Below are positions 1-10,800 of a stretch of DNA of 64,000 nucleotides, in pieces. How positions within the stretch are numbered: the first letter of the stretch is position 1; each line of letters begins with the position of its first letter. The DNA comes from Cenarchaeum sp. (GTDB lineage: Archaea > Thermoproteota > Nitrososphaeria > Nitrososphaerales > Nitrosopumilaceae). Both the position numbers and the translations under genes were made by a program. The notes below the pieces were generated by a model. That model had not been told where the DNA came from. It ran no database searches and worked only from the letters and a program-made list of their open reading frames with translations. The DNA lies in the NCBI GenBank assembly GCA_963693095.2, contig OY843768.1, forward strand, positions 1,344,001 to 1,408,000, written 5' to 3'.

Positions 1-941
1 GACGCATAGTCTAGCATGTACATCAGCCCAACGAGGCGCGCGAGGATTGACTTGCCCGGTGCGGTGACGACCCTGTGCGATATGCCATGCTGCATGAAAA
101 AGTCCTCTAGTATGTCCCAGCGCTCCTTTGTCTTTTCATGGTCATCTCCGCCGCGAATTAGTATTGGGCGAACGCGCGAGTCGCGCATCCATGCGACGAT
201 GCCGTTGTGGCACGCCTCCATGACGTCCTCGGCCATCGCGTGCGTCTTTGCGTTCTCTTGCAGCGAGTTCTTGAAGCGTATGGCCGCCGCGCGCAGGCCC
301 CACGGATAGTAGACGAGGGGAATGTCCGGAAGCCACTCGGCAAGCGAGAGTGAGGCGTTCTGGGCTGCGAGCTCGGGCCGCGAGATGCTTGGCGCAATCT
401 CGGCGAGAACTGACATTGACTCGCCGACATCGGCATCTCGAATCGGCAGCTCGTCGCCAAGTGATGCGAGCATTGTGTAGAGAAACGCCGGCAGCGAGGC
501 CCGTGGCGAGTGCTCCATGCGCACACGCGTGTGCTCAAGGCCCCGCCGTGAGCAATAGTCACCAAGGAGGCCACCATCAGAGAACGACACGGTCCGGCAG
601 CCGGCCTCCACGGCGAGGCGCAGGACGTGCATCGTCTCGGCCGTGTTGCCCGATATGCTCGTGGCCACGACTAGCGTTCCGGGACCGGCGGTGCGCGGGA
701 GGTGATACCCCTTTACGACATCAACATGTATGTCATCACCGGAGAGGACCGACTCAAAGAGGTCGCTGATGGCCCCCGAGCCGCCCATGCCGGCGAGCAC
801 GACGTGGTGCGGCAGCGGGCCACCTGAGCGCTCCGTCACCGAGGCGTACGCCTCGCGCGCCATGGCCGGCCATCGCGAATACGCGCGCGCCATGCCATGC
901 GTGTCTATCGTCTCCACGGCAGCCGCGTCGATCATGGGCAT
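1..941 (-). CDS. SIS-domain bifunctional phosphoglucose/phosphomannose isomerase (3' end runs off window)
   Basis: Manual translation from ATG 941/935: MPMIDAAAVETIDTHGMARAYSRWP...VVLAGMGGSGAISDLF...VVKGYHLP; GMGGSG SIS motif; absent from ORF track because there is no stop in the window. Confidence 0.85.
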   Translation of the reverse strand, partial: MPMIDAAAVETIDTHGMARAYSRWPAMAREAYASVTERSGGPLPHHVVLAGMGGSGAISDLFESVLSGDDIHVDVVKGYHLPRTAGPGTLVVATSISGNTAETMHVLRLAVEAGCRTVSFSDGGLLGDYCSRRGLEHTRVRMEHSPRASLPAFLYTMLASLGDELPIRDADVGESMSVLAEIAPSISRPELAAQNASLSLAEWLPDIPLVYYPWGLRAAAIRFKNSLQENAKTHAMAEDVMEACHNGIVAWMRDSRVRPILIRGGDDHEKTKERWDILEDFFMQHGISHRVVTAPGKSILARLVGLMYMLDYA

Positions 942-983
942 ACCACAACGCCGCACATGACACGCGCGCGTCGGCGGGATTCA

Positions 984-989
984 TTTAAA
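984..989. promoter_or_regulatory. Archaeal TATA box (TTTAAA) in divergent pgi/pmi-mtnA intergenic region
   Basis: AT-rich hexamer in GC-rich context about 27 nt upstream of ATG 1016; similar spacing recurs before many genes here (e.g. 24175-24180 before ATG 24206), consistent with leaderless transcripts. Confidence 0.55.
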
Positions 990-1015
990 GCAATGCGGGA
1001 TTGCCCTCGCCACGC

Positions 1016-2062
1016 ATGAAAGACGTGGGGCTCAAGACCGTGGAGTGGAGCGACGGCAGGCTAGTCATGATCGACCAGACGCTGCTGCCCGGCCGCCTAG
1101 AGCACGTGAGGCTCGACACGCACGAGGCAGTCGCCGAGGCGATAAGGACGCTCGTGGTCCGCGGCGCGCCGGCGATCGGCGTGGCCGGCGCGTTTGGCAT
1201 GGCCCTGGCCGCAAAACAGTCAAAGGCCGACTCGCGCGATGCGATGCTCAAGGATCTTGCGCGTGCGCACGAGACGCTCGTCTCGACGCGCCCGACTGCA
1301 GTGAATCTGCGCTGGGCGCTTGATCGCGCAATGGAGGCAGCGCGGCAGGGTGGCGATGGTGCCGAGTCGATCCGGCGCGCAGTCGAGGAGACTGCAGTCA
1401 CAATGGCCCGCGAGGACATTAGCACAAACATGGAGATGGGCAGGCATGGCGCGACCCTAATTGATGACGGCGACACGGTAATGACGCACTGCAATGCAGG
1501 CGCGCTGGCAACTGTCGCATACGGAACTGCCCTGGGAACGATTCGCGCCGCGCGCGACGGCGGCAAGGGAGTCCGCGTCATAGCGACCGAGACTCGGCCA
1601 GTCCAGCAGGGCTCGCGCCTCACGGCCTTTGAGCTCCGCCACGACGGGATTGACGTAAGCCTGATACCGGACACGGCAGTGGGCTATGCGATGGCGCACA
1701 GCATGGTCAACAAGGTCATAGTCGGAGCCGACAGGGTCCTTCGGACCGGCCACGTGTTCAACAAGATCGGCACGTACCAGGTCGCCACGATGGCCCGTGC
1801 GCATGGCGTGCCGTTCTATGTCGCCGCGCCGATATCGACGTTTGACATGGAGTCCTCGCCAGGGGACATTGCCATAGAGCAGCGCGGCGCCGAGGAGGTC
1901 ACCGGCATAGGCGGCAGGCGCACGGCTCCAGAGGGAGTCGGCGTGATAAACCCCGCATTTGACATGACGCCCCCAGACCTCATAACGGGCATCATCACCG
2001 AGCGCGGCGTGGCGGGGGCTCCCCTAGAGGCCTCGATAGCGGCGTTATTCGAAGCTAAGTAG
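1016..2062 (+). CDS. mtnA: S-methyl-5-thioribose-1-phosphate isomerase (eIF-2B alpha family)
   Basis: VRGAPAIG, TRPTAVNL, THCNAGALAT, ETRP, GADR, NKIGTY, NPAFD motifs. Confidence 0.92.
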   Translation: MKDVGLKTVEWSDGRLVMIDQTLLPGRLEHVRLDTHEAVAEAIRTLVVRGAPAIGVAGAFGMALAAKQSKADSRDAMLKDLARAHETLVSTRPTAVNLRWALDRAMEAARQGGDGAESIRRAVEETAVTMAREDISTNMEMGRHGATLIDDGDTVMTHCNAGALATVAYGTALGTIRAARDGGKGVRVIATETRPVQQGSRLTAFELRHDGIDVSLIPDTAVGYAMAHSMVNKVIVGADRVLRTGHVFNKIGTYQVATMARAHGVPFYVAAPISTFDMESSPGDIAIEQRGAEEVTGIGGRRTAPEGVGVINPAFDMTPPDLITGIITERGVAGAPLEASIAALFEAK

Positions 2063-2101
2063 CAAAAGAGTTTTTAAGCCATTTTTGGCGCGCGTGTCAC
2101 G

Positions 2102-2752
2102 ATGGGCACAGTGAGCGCAAAGGCCGTCGAGGACTCTCTTCGGCAGTGCATGGATCCCGAGATACCGATAAACATAGTCGACATGGGCCTCATATACGGC
2201 ATCGACGTCGATGACGGCGACAATGTCAACGTAAAGATGACAATGACGACTCGCGGCTGCCCGCTGCACGACACGCTCGTGCAGGACACGACACGCTACA
2301 TCAAAAAGGTGCCCGGCGTCAACGACGTAAAGGTCGACGTCGTCTGGGAGCCGGCGTGGACCATGGACCGCATGTCCAAGGAGGCAAGGGAGTCGCTAAA
2401 GGGCATGGGTGCCGGCGGCTCGACTCCGGCGCCAATAGACTACGAGCGCGCATTGCCACAGGGCACGGGCAAGCTCTCGCAGCAGGATGACGGCTCACTT
2501 GCGCTGATCAACGAGCACGAGCAGGCGTTCATGGTAAACCAGGCCATAGTCGACTTTTGGAAGTCCTGCAACGGAGAGCGCAAGATAACCGAGCTAGTCG
2601 GCCTCTTTGCAAAGAGCACGGGGTATGAGCGCGGCCAGGTCGAAAAGGAGGTCATGCAGCTCATCGAGCAGCTTCGCGGAGGCGGGCTGATCACGATTCC
2701 TGGAGCCGCTGACGCGCCAAACGTCGACCTAAAGCTCGGGACGTCAAAATAG
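2102..2752 (+). CDS. DUF59/MIP18 Fe-S assembly domain protein with C-terminal PqqD-like domain
   Basis: DPEIPINIVDMGLIY and TTRGCP (DUF59); C-terminal 'AFMVNQAIVDFWKSCNGERKITELV...EVMQLIEQLRGGGLI' has PqqD-like pattern. Confidence 0.8.
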   Translation: MGTVSAKAVEDSLRQCMDPEIPINIVDMGLIYGIDVDDGDNVNVKMTMTTRGCPLHDTLVQDTTRYIKKVPGVNDVKVDVVWEPAWTMDRMSKEARESLKGMGAGGSTPAPIDYERALPQGTGKLSQQDDGSLALINEHEQAFMVNQAIVDFWKSCNGERKITELVGLFAKSTGYERGQVEKEVMQLIEQLRGGGLITIPGAADAPNVDLKLGTSK

Positions 2753-2836
2753 CGGCTCGGCGGGGCGCCAGCCATGGCAAAACCGACCCTGTCCTGCACG
2801 AACGACTAAAACGTGGGCATGTGCGCGCGTGTGCGC

Positions 2837-3298
2837 ATGAAGTGCCTCTCGATATCGCAGCCATACGCCGAGCTCGTCGTCTCGGGAACAAAGACAATAG
2901 AGCTGCGAACGTGGAACACAAAGTTTCGCGGCGAGTTTCTGGTCCATGCGCCGCGCCGCATCAAGGTCGGCGACTGTGCGCGCCTGGGGATTTCGCGCGC
3001 GACGCTCGTGACCGGTGCGATCATTGGCAGTGCCGTGATCCACGGCGTCACAAGGTACCCGTCGATTGCCGCCGCAATGGCAGACTCGGCGCGCCATTGC
3101 GCCACGCGCGCAATGCTCAGCTCGCGCAGGTCCATATACGGCTTTGAGCTGCGCGGTGCCAAGAGATTTCGAGTCGCGGTCCCGTGCGCCGGCAGGCTTG
3201 GCCTCTTTGAGGCGCCTGCGCAGCGTGTCTCCAATGCCGAGCTCGTAACGGAGCTCCTCGAAGAAGAGCACCGCTATGGGCTAGTCGGCCACCACTAG
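2837..3298 (+). CDS. ASCH domain protein
   Basis: LSISQPYAELVVSGTKTIELRTW (GxKxxExR ASCH motif), GAIIG. Confidence 0.85.
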   Translation: MKCLSISQPYAELVVSGTKTIELRTWNTKFRGEFLVHAPRRIKVGDCARLGISRATLVTGAIIGSAVIHGVTRYPSIAAAMADSARHCATRAMLSSRRSIYGFELRGAKRFRVAVPCAGRLGLFEAPAQRVSNAELVTELLEEEHRYGLVGHH

Positions 3299-3996
3299 GG
3301 CGTCGCGCCAAAGAGAAACTCGACGGTGTGCTCGCCGGCCTGCCCTGATGCGCTCACGGTGTGTGCAGAGCCGGCCTGCCATCCGTCCCCGCCTGCAAAC
3401 TCCATGGCCGAGTATGACCCGTCTGATCCGGCCATTGCAGTCTCCTCCCAGAGCGTCCCGCCCGGACCGCTTATCGCAAGCGAGACTGCAGAGCCCGGCT
3501 CGGCGCGTCCGCTAACGACGATAACCTCGCCTTGCGTGTATGCGCCCTTGTCAGTGTACAGCATTGTGCCACCATCACGAAGTGGCGCCGCCCCCGTACC
3601 CGCAGTCATGGACACGCCATATGCGCCCGCAGAGACTGCAATTGCGACAATGATCACTGCGGCAATGACGGTCTTTTTCGTCGGTCTCTGGCGCACGCGA
3701 TCCACAACCGAGCCAGCAATGCGCACTATGCGTCGGCCACGTTTCTGCGGCCCGACGGCGTGCCTAGCCGAGGACGTCGGCATCTGCGGTGCGCGTGGCG
3801 GACTCTGCGCCTTGCTGCGTACCCTGTCCCTTCGTGGGCCCAGGTGGGCAGCAACGAGGCGCATGACATACTCGTGCTCGGCAGCCGAGACGACCTCGTC
3901 GCGCATGATTGCGCGCCTAATCTGGCGCAGCTCGTCAGCATCTCCCACACCCGCGTCGATAAGGCGGTCAATCTCACCCGTGCCAAACTGCGCCAT
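3295..3996 (-). CDS. Hypothetical single-pass membrane protein with Ig-like external domain
   Basis: Helical N-terminal domain, basic linker, TM segment (VIAAVIIVAIAVSAGAYGV), beta-rich C-terminus (TDKGAYTQGEVIVVSG). Confidence 0.65.
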   Translation of the reverse strand: MAQFGTGEIDRLIDAGVGDADELRQIRRAIMRDEVVSAAEHEYVMRLVAAHLGPRRDRVRSKAQSPPRAPQMPTSSARHAVGPQKRGRRIVRIAGSVVDRVRQRPTKKTVIAAVIIVAIAVSAGAYGVSMTAGTGAAPLRDGGTMLYTDKGAYTQGEVIVVSGRAEPGSAVSLAISGPGGTLWEETAMAGSDGSYSAMEFAGGDGWQAGSAHTVSASGQAGEHTVEFLFGATP

Positions 3997-4026
3997 TGCC
4001 GGCGCGGCTGCGCACGCACGTGTTGT

Positions 4027-4416
4027 TTAATGTTGCGACTCGCCGGCTGCCCGAAGGCGCCTGTCAAGCCTGCGCAGCTCGCGCAGGTCAGTCACCTCGA
4101 CGTCACCGCTGCGCGTCAAGAGGCGCGACATGCGCGGCTTGGCGCGCCTTCCGAGCCTTATGACCGGACGGCTCGAGCTGCACACGGTGAGCGTGACGCC
4201 GCGCTCGTTGAGCGAGCGCGCCAGGCCGCGAGCCTCAGAAAGCGTCGTGAGAACCCGTGAGGCGGCCGGAACGGCTCCCGGCAGGCTCACAATGTCGACC
4301 TTTACGTCATGGTCATCTGCGCTCACCTCCACGGCGCGCGTGCCGGCCTCGCTGACCGTGATGGTTCCTGACTCTAGCATGCTGATAATATCTGCCGGAA
4401 GCATCGTGTCTGCCAT
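4027..4416 (-). CDS. Conserved-looking archaeal hypothetical protein
   Basis: 129-aa ORF, ATG 1 nt after the upstream gene's stop, protein-like composition. Confidence 0.65.
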   Translation of the reverse strand: MADTMLPADIISMLESGTITVSEAGTRAVEVSADDHDVKVDIVSLPGAVPAASRVLTTLSEARGLARSLNERGVTLTVCSSSRPVIRLGRRAKPRMSRLLTRSGDVEVTDLRELRRLDRRLRAAGESQH

Positions 4417-4417
4417 C

Positions 4418-4609
4418 TCACCCTGACGTTATGGTGATCTTGCCGTTGATGCGAACCTTGCCGCTCGGCAGCGCCTTGCCGCCGGCCTCGACCCTGTCGG
4501 CCTCAAATGTCACGTCGTGAAAGTCATACGTTATCGTTGCGTTGGCCGCACTTAGCCTCTCAAAGACCTCGGCTAGCAGGTTCACCCACTCGCTCTCGGC
4601 AGACTTCAC
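4418..4609 (-). CDS. Small hypothetical protein (63 aa), operonic with 4027-4416
   Basis: WVNLLAEVFERL...ITYDFHDVTF...INGKITIT; TTAAG box about 25 nt upstream; adjacent downstream gene. Confidence 0.6.
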   Translation of the reverse strand: MKSAESEWVNLLAEVFERLSAANATITYDFHDVTFEADRVEAGGKALPSGKVRINGKITITSG

Positions 4610-4856
4610 GGCACGCGCAGGCGCACATGGGACTTAAGAGTGTGCGCACGTGCGGCCAGGGTCGCACGCGCAGAACTGGCCAGACGCCGCAGGCCTGCCA
4701 CACCCTCGTGGCCGGCGCCGACTCGTCTAGGCCAGAACCCCCGTCGCGCAGGCCCAGGTCCCACCGGCGGCCTGTGCCAGCCATCACCGCACATGGTGCA
4801 TTTCCACAGGACGACTGACGCATGGTTATATACACGAGAGCGCGCCACGGAGCACG

Positions 4857-7800
4857 ATGCGCATGGCGTCCCCCGTGCCGATTGCAATAGCAGTCCTGGC
4901 CATAATGGCAAGCGTGTCAGGCGCAGCGGCACATCCGGACGAGACGGGCGCGCACTCGGGATTTCACACAGTGGTGCCAGGCGGCACGGTGGACAATGTC
5001 ACGTGGGCCGACGCAGTCTCGCCGCTCTCGGCCGGAGACGTCAGCTCGTCGATCAGCGCCGCCGAGTTTGGCGCAATGAGCCAAGAGACGCGGAGTCGCC
5101 TTGCTGAGGGCACTGCGCAGATCTCACGCATCATCTTTGAGCCGCAGTTTGGGCAGTCTCACACGGCCACGGTGCCCGAACTTGACGCCTCAGAATGGAG
5201 CCTTATCGAGGGCGCCGCCGGAGACGTCGATGCGGCATGCAACAGGGTCGGAATAGGCGGTGCTGTGGTGGACGGCCGCATGGTCGGCAGCGGCGGTGTC
5301 CTGAGGACAATGCACGAGATTCTCGGCATCCGTGCCAGCGGCGAGGTCATCTTTGCGCACGATGCGCTCTCTACCACTGCTGCGCGCATGCACGTGATAT
5401 ACCATCCGGACTCTGCCCCATCGGTGCCCGGCACGCAGCCAGGCACCCGCGCATGCACATACATCGCAGACGGCAACGATCATGTGGAGATCGGGCGCCG
5501 CAGCGCGGCGACCTCGCCGGCCGGCTTTCCCGTGGACCGCATCGTGCTCTCCTTTGGCGAGGAGATAGCGATAAGGCCAGGCGCATCAGGCGGCATCGAA
5601 AATCTTGGCCAGACGCACATGTATACTGCGCTTCATCCCACGTGCTCGACTGATGTGGCCGTGTCATGCCAGCTCTATCCGGTCAATAGCGGCCAGGGCG
5701 TGGTCTTTGGCCCTGATCCCGGCGGCGAGCTGACAGTCACGCCGGATGCGACGCAGCGCCCGCGCGCAGTCGGAATGGGCACGGGGAACTTTTGGGGAGA
5801 CGGCGTGTTTGGCATCGGGTGGACGACTGCCGGCGGGGCAGGCATACTGCGCGCCAATGACGCCAACACGGGCGAGACTGCGCCAGATGGCCGGCACATA
5901 GCATCACCCCTAGTGGACTGGAGCGCAGACCCCGAGCCCCACTTTGCCGTCAGTGACGGGCTCGCGCCGGCGCCGGCGGCCCAGTTCACGGCCGGCACTG
6001 GGGATGCGGTCGGCACATACACGCAAGTGTTCACCGAGGCGCCGGCCGGCACGGCCGCAACAGTACTCGATGGCGTGCAGGTGTGGCGCACTGCTGCAGA
6101 CGGGACACGCGCGCAGGTGACGCCCACGGTGAGTGCGCTCTCGGGCAGCACGCTGACGTTTACGGCTACGCCGTCCCTTGCGCTGACTGACCATGTGGAG
6201 TATGTCGGCATTGATGACGCGGAAGGCAACGTGGCTGTGAGGCCGGCAATAGAGTCAGTGGAGCAGATGTCATCGACGATAACTGTCGTGACGCTGAGCG
6301 TGCCCGTCTCGGGGACGACTGAGGCGCGCCAGTGGAGCGCCGACGGGGGCGGGGGCGAGGCACGCGCCATCGGGGTGGCCTCTGGCAGGGCCGCATCAGT
6401 CACGCCGGACACGTCGTCTGCCGGCGATCGCGACGTGAGCGTCTCGCTCCAGTCGAGGATCACGCTGGCACATGCGGCGATACCGGAGGCATCTAGCGTG
6501 ACTGTGAGGTATGCGCCGCCGGCAGCGCACGCGTCGCACGCCGACAGGTTTGCCGACCGCCTCGCGGCCAGCGGCGTCAGGCTCGAGGCGCAGACGCTCG
6601 CCGAGGCCGGCTTTACGGCAAGCACGGCAGGGACCACGTCGATAGCCGTCACGTTTCCCGCTGCGGCCTCTGGAAGCACGGCCCCGCGCGAGTGGATCGT
6701 CGGCGGCAGCCTCACGCCAGAGTCGATCACGGTGGGCTCGGCGATCGCGGTGACCGGAAGCGTCACGCTCACCTCTGTGCGCGAGATCACGCTAAACCTG
6801 CCGGCGTCTGGCGCGCTGGCCGACTCGGCATCCACCACGACGCTTGTGTACACGCGGCCCACTGCAGGCCCCACGCCAAACAGCATCACCGTTGGCACCG
6901 ACATCCTAGAGTCCACCCCCACTGCAGAACCCGTTCCAGTCGCCGACGGGATCAGGCCAACTGTGCTCTCGGCGTCGTTTGTCGACTCGAGGACCATCGA
7001 CGTCACGTTTGATGAGGCAGTAACCACTCGAGGCACATGGTCAGTCTCGCCGGCGCTCGGGACGGTCACGGCCAGGGACGGCGCGACGCCAGAGACGATC
7101 CGCCTGTCCACGGAGCGCGAGGCGACTACTGGCCTCTATACGATAACGGTGCCCGCCGGTGTCAGCGACACGGCAGTTGTGCCCAACGGGGCCGACCTTG
7201 CGGCATATCCAACTGTGGGCACGTCATACCGCACGGCAGGCACGACGCTTGGCTTTGGCCTGACGTTTGCCGGTCCGCGCACGCTCGTCCTGGCGCCCAG
7301 CGATCCGCTGGATCCCGGAACCGTCACGATGGCCAACTTTGCCGTCACCGCGCCAGACGGGACAGTCCTGCCCGATGATGACGACAGTGGTGATGACCCA
7401 GTCGCGCTGGCCGACTCCAACCCCGTCATGTATGGCCACGGCCCGCCGCCCACCGTGATCATAAGGCTCGGGATCGACATGGTCAACGCCGTCGCGTATA
7501 CGGTGACGCCGTCTGCGTTAGTTGCTGACGTGACTGGCGCTGCGTACTCGGGCGGCGGCGTGAGCGTGACGTATGCGACTGGCGGGCGCATGGTCGCAGA
7601 CGGCGGCCGGACAGACCTGAACACGTGGGAGGGCGTGCCCTTTGACAGCCAGGTTCGCTCCACGTTTAGCCTTCTTGCCAGCGATGCAGAGTTTGCCGCA
7701 ATCGACGACCCAACTCGCCGGCGACTCGCCGAAGGCACTGCCCAGATCTCGCGCGTCCTCTTTTCGCCACACTTTGGGGAACACGCCACTGTGGGGCCGG

Positions 7801-10800
7801 CCCTTGATGCCGCAGAGTGGACATTCGTCGAGGGCGAGGCCGATGCCGTCGATGCGTCATCATGCACCAGGGTCGACGGCATGGGCACCACAAGGGACGT
7901 CATAGAGATCATTGCGGTTCGTTCCGGTGCACCTGTCCTGCTTGTGCATGATGCGCTCTCCTCGACATCTGCGCGCGTGCACGCGATATACCATCCAGAC
8001 GCCGAACCGTCAATTCCAGGCACGGTTCCCGGCAGCCGTGGCTGTGACTATCTTAATGACGGCAACAACCACGTCAGCGTGGACACGCGCAGCGCCACGA
8101 CGTCTGCGGCGGGCTATCCGGCCGACCGAATCACGCTCGTCTTTAGCGAGCCAGTCACGTTTCGCGGAACGGCAGGGGCGAGGGCATCGACTACTGAGGT
8201 CACGTTTGACCTTGACTGCCGCATGACTGCGACGACATGCGACATCCAGACTGCGCCCGGCATTGCGTCCGGACCTGTGCAGGGCCGCTCGTTCACGCTG
8301 ACGCCGCACTCCTCGGTCAGGGCCACGCTCGCAAATGGCGGAACCGACGCGTTTTGGGCGCCAGACGGCAGGTTTGGCGTCTCGTGGGCGCACGGGAATA
8401 TCGGAGTTGGCATAAAGCGCAATGACAACCTTGCCGATGTCCTCAGCGGCAGGATCGTGCAGGATGTGCTCGATGGCCTGTCACCGGCGCCAAACGCCGC
8501 GCTCACCGGGACAGGCACGCCAGATGACCCGTATGTGCAGGCGTTCTCGGAGACTCCTGATGGAACCGTGTCCACGGTTCTTGACGGGGTGCGCATCTAC
8601 AGAACCGACACGGGCGGGACGAGGACGGAGGTTTCGGCCACGGCGACTGCAGTGGGCAGCTCCTCGCTGAGCTTTGTGTCAGGTGATGACATAGAGGCGA
8701 CTGACCATGTAGAGTATGTCGGGATACGCGATGCGGCAGGCAACCTTTCGACAAGGCCGGTCATAGAGTCAATCACGAGGATTCAGGACACTGTCACGAT
8801 TGTCACGTTTAACGACAGCATCTCAGGGGCAACAACGTCTCGGCAGTGGCTCGTCGGCGCCGGCACGGAGTTGCCCACCGCGCACGCCAGCGGCGTGAGC
8901 GCAGGGAGGCACTTTGCGGTGCCGGCCGACGGCGGCAGAAGCAAGGCAATCCTGTTTGAGAAGAGCGTCACGATTAGCCATGCGGCAGTCGCGCCGGCAT
9001 CGACGCTGACGGTCCAGTACTCGCCGCCGGACCACACGTCCTACGCAAACCGCCTTGATGACCGCCTCGCCTTTAGCGGCGTCAGGGTCGAGGGGCAGGT
9101 CGTGCGCGACGTGGCGCCTGACACGACAGTGCCGACGATCGAGTCGGCGACTCTAAACTCGCCAACGCAGGTCACGGCCATCATGTCCGAGTCGGTTCGC
9201 GGCACGGTGAGGGGCGCCGAGTGGAATGTTGGTGGCGTGACGTTTGGATCCGGCACGGCATCTGGCAGGATCATCACGCTAAGGCTAGATCCCGAAAGCG
9301 CGCCATTTCCCACCGCAGTGGCGGCCGGCACGAGACTCGCATACACGGGCGGCGGCTCGATTACTGACACGTCAGCCGAGCTAAACGCGCTGGCCGGAGG
9401 CGCGAGCGCACCCCTCACGGACGGTGCGGCGCCGACACTGGCATCGGGTGCTGCCGTCGACGCGCTGTACATGCGCGCAAGGCACTCTGGCACGACAACG
9501 GACACGACTGACCCAGTCAGCGCCGGCGGGGAGTTGCGCGTGTACGTGCGCGCAAGTGAGCCCCTGGTCACGGCAGCATCGGACATCTCGTTTCATGCCG
9601 GCGGCGCACCGGCGGCAAGCGTTGTGGCGGTGAGTGGCCTGGGCGCCAATGCGCACGTCTATTCGCGAACCGTCACAGAGTCTGAAACCAACGGTCCGGT
9701 GGCGTTTAGCCTGACGATCCGCGACGCAGGGGGCAACATGCGCACGCTCACCGAGGATGATCTCACGACTGATCGTGGTGCGGGCTCTGGACACCGCACA
9801 ACGGTTGACACGGTCAGGCCGGATGCGTCTGCAGAGTTCACGGGCAATGCAATAACGATAACGTTCAGCGAACCCGTGTATGGCGTGCCAGATATGCTGG
9901 AGGTCAGGTCGCCAGACGGCATGCGAGAAGACATGTCGCACAACCACAATGGGGGTGATGTTGCCGTGCGCATCGAGATCGACGGAACGCCTGCCACTGG
10001 CACGTGGACAGTCAACATACCGGATTCCGTTCGCGACGCGGCGAGGAACGTGCGCGCCGTGACATCATCTAGCGTCACTGCCGAGCGCGGCGCAGCACCG
10101 ACTGCGACGCTCGCCTATACGGTATTCGAGTCCGACAGCACGACGCAGCGCGCCGCGCCGTACACAAACCACGCGCGCGCCGGTGACGTGATCAGGCTGT
10201 CGCTCACGCTCAGCGAGGCCGTCAACACTGCGCCGACAGTCGTCTTTGTGGGCAAGGTCGACGATCCGACCACGCCGCTAGTGGACGAGTCTGGCAGGGC
10301 CAACATGGTGAACGTGTCCGGAACAAACGAGTGGCGCGCAGCGTACACAGTCGAGACTGCCATGCAGAACTCCAACCTAGTCGACGGTGCGTTCACGTTT
10401 ACGGCGACGGTCATGGGCAACACGGGCGCGACGGCGACAGTAACTCCGGCATCGCACACATCGGCGACACCGCCGGTGATCGACCGCATGCCGCCGACGG
10501 CCTCGGCGACATTCACGGGGGCCGACACTATAGCCATCACGCTCTCTGATGCGCCTGTCGGCACCAGATCCCAGATAGAGGACCACGCCTATGCCGTGAC
10601 GGTGCCTGACGGCACGGTCACGCCGGATGACGCCGACAGCCTCCCCGACGCAGTTGCGCTGGCGACAGCAGACGCGACGGCCACGCCGCCGGTAATGCCA
10701 GTCTCGTATGACGCCGCATCGCGCACCATCACCCTCACGCTCGCCGATGACGCGCCAGCAGGAGTGGTGCACACCATCACGCTGCCACCCGAGCTGACCG

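Noticed and set aside
4606-4932. ORF containing WKCTMCG upstream of the giant gene
   Set aside because: Single CxxC, Arg/Ala-rich shadow-like composition, overlaps the promoter and start of the giant gene
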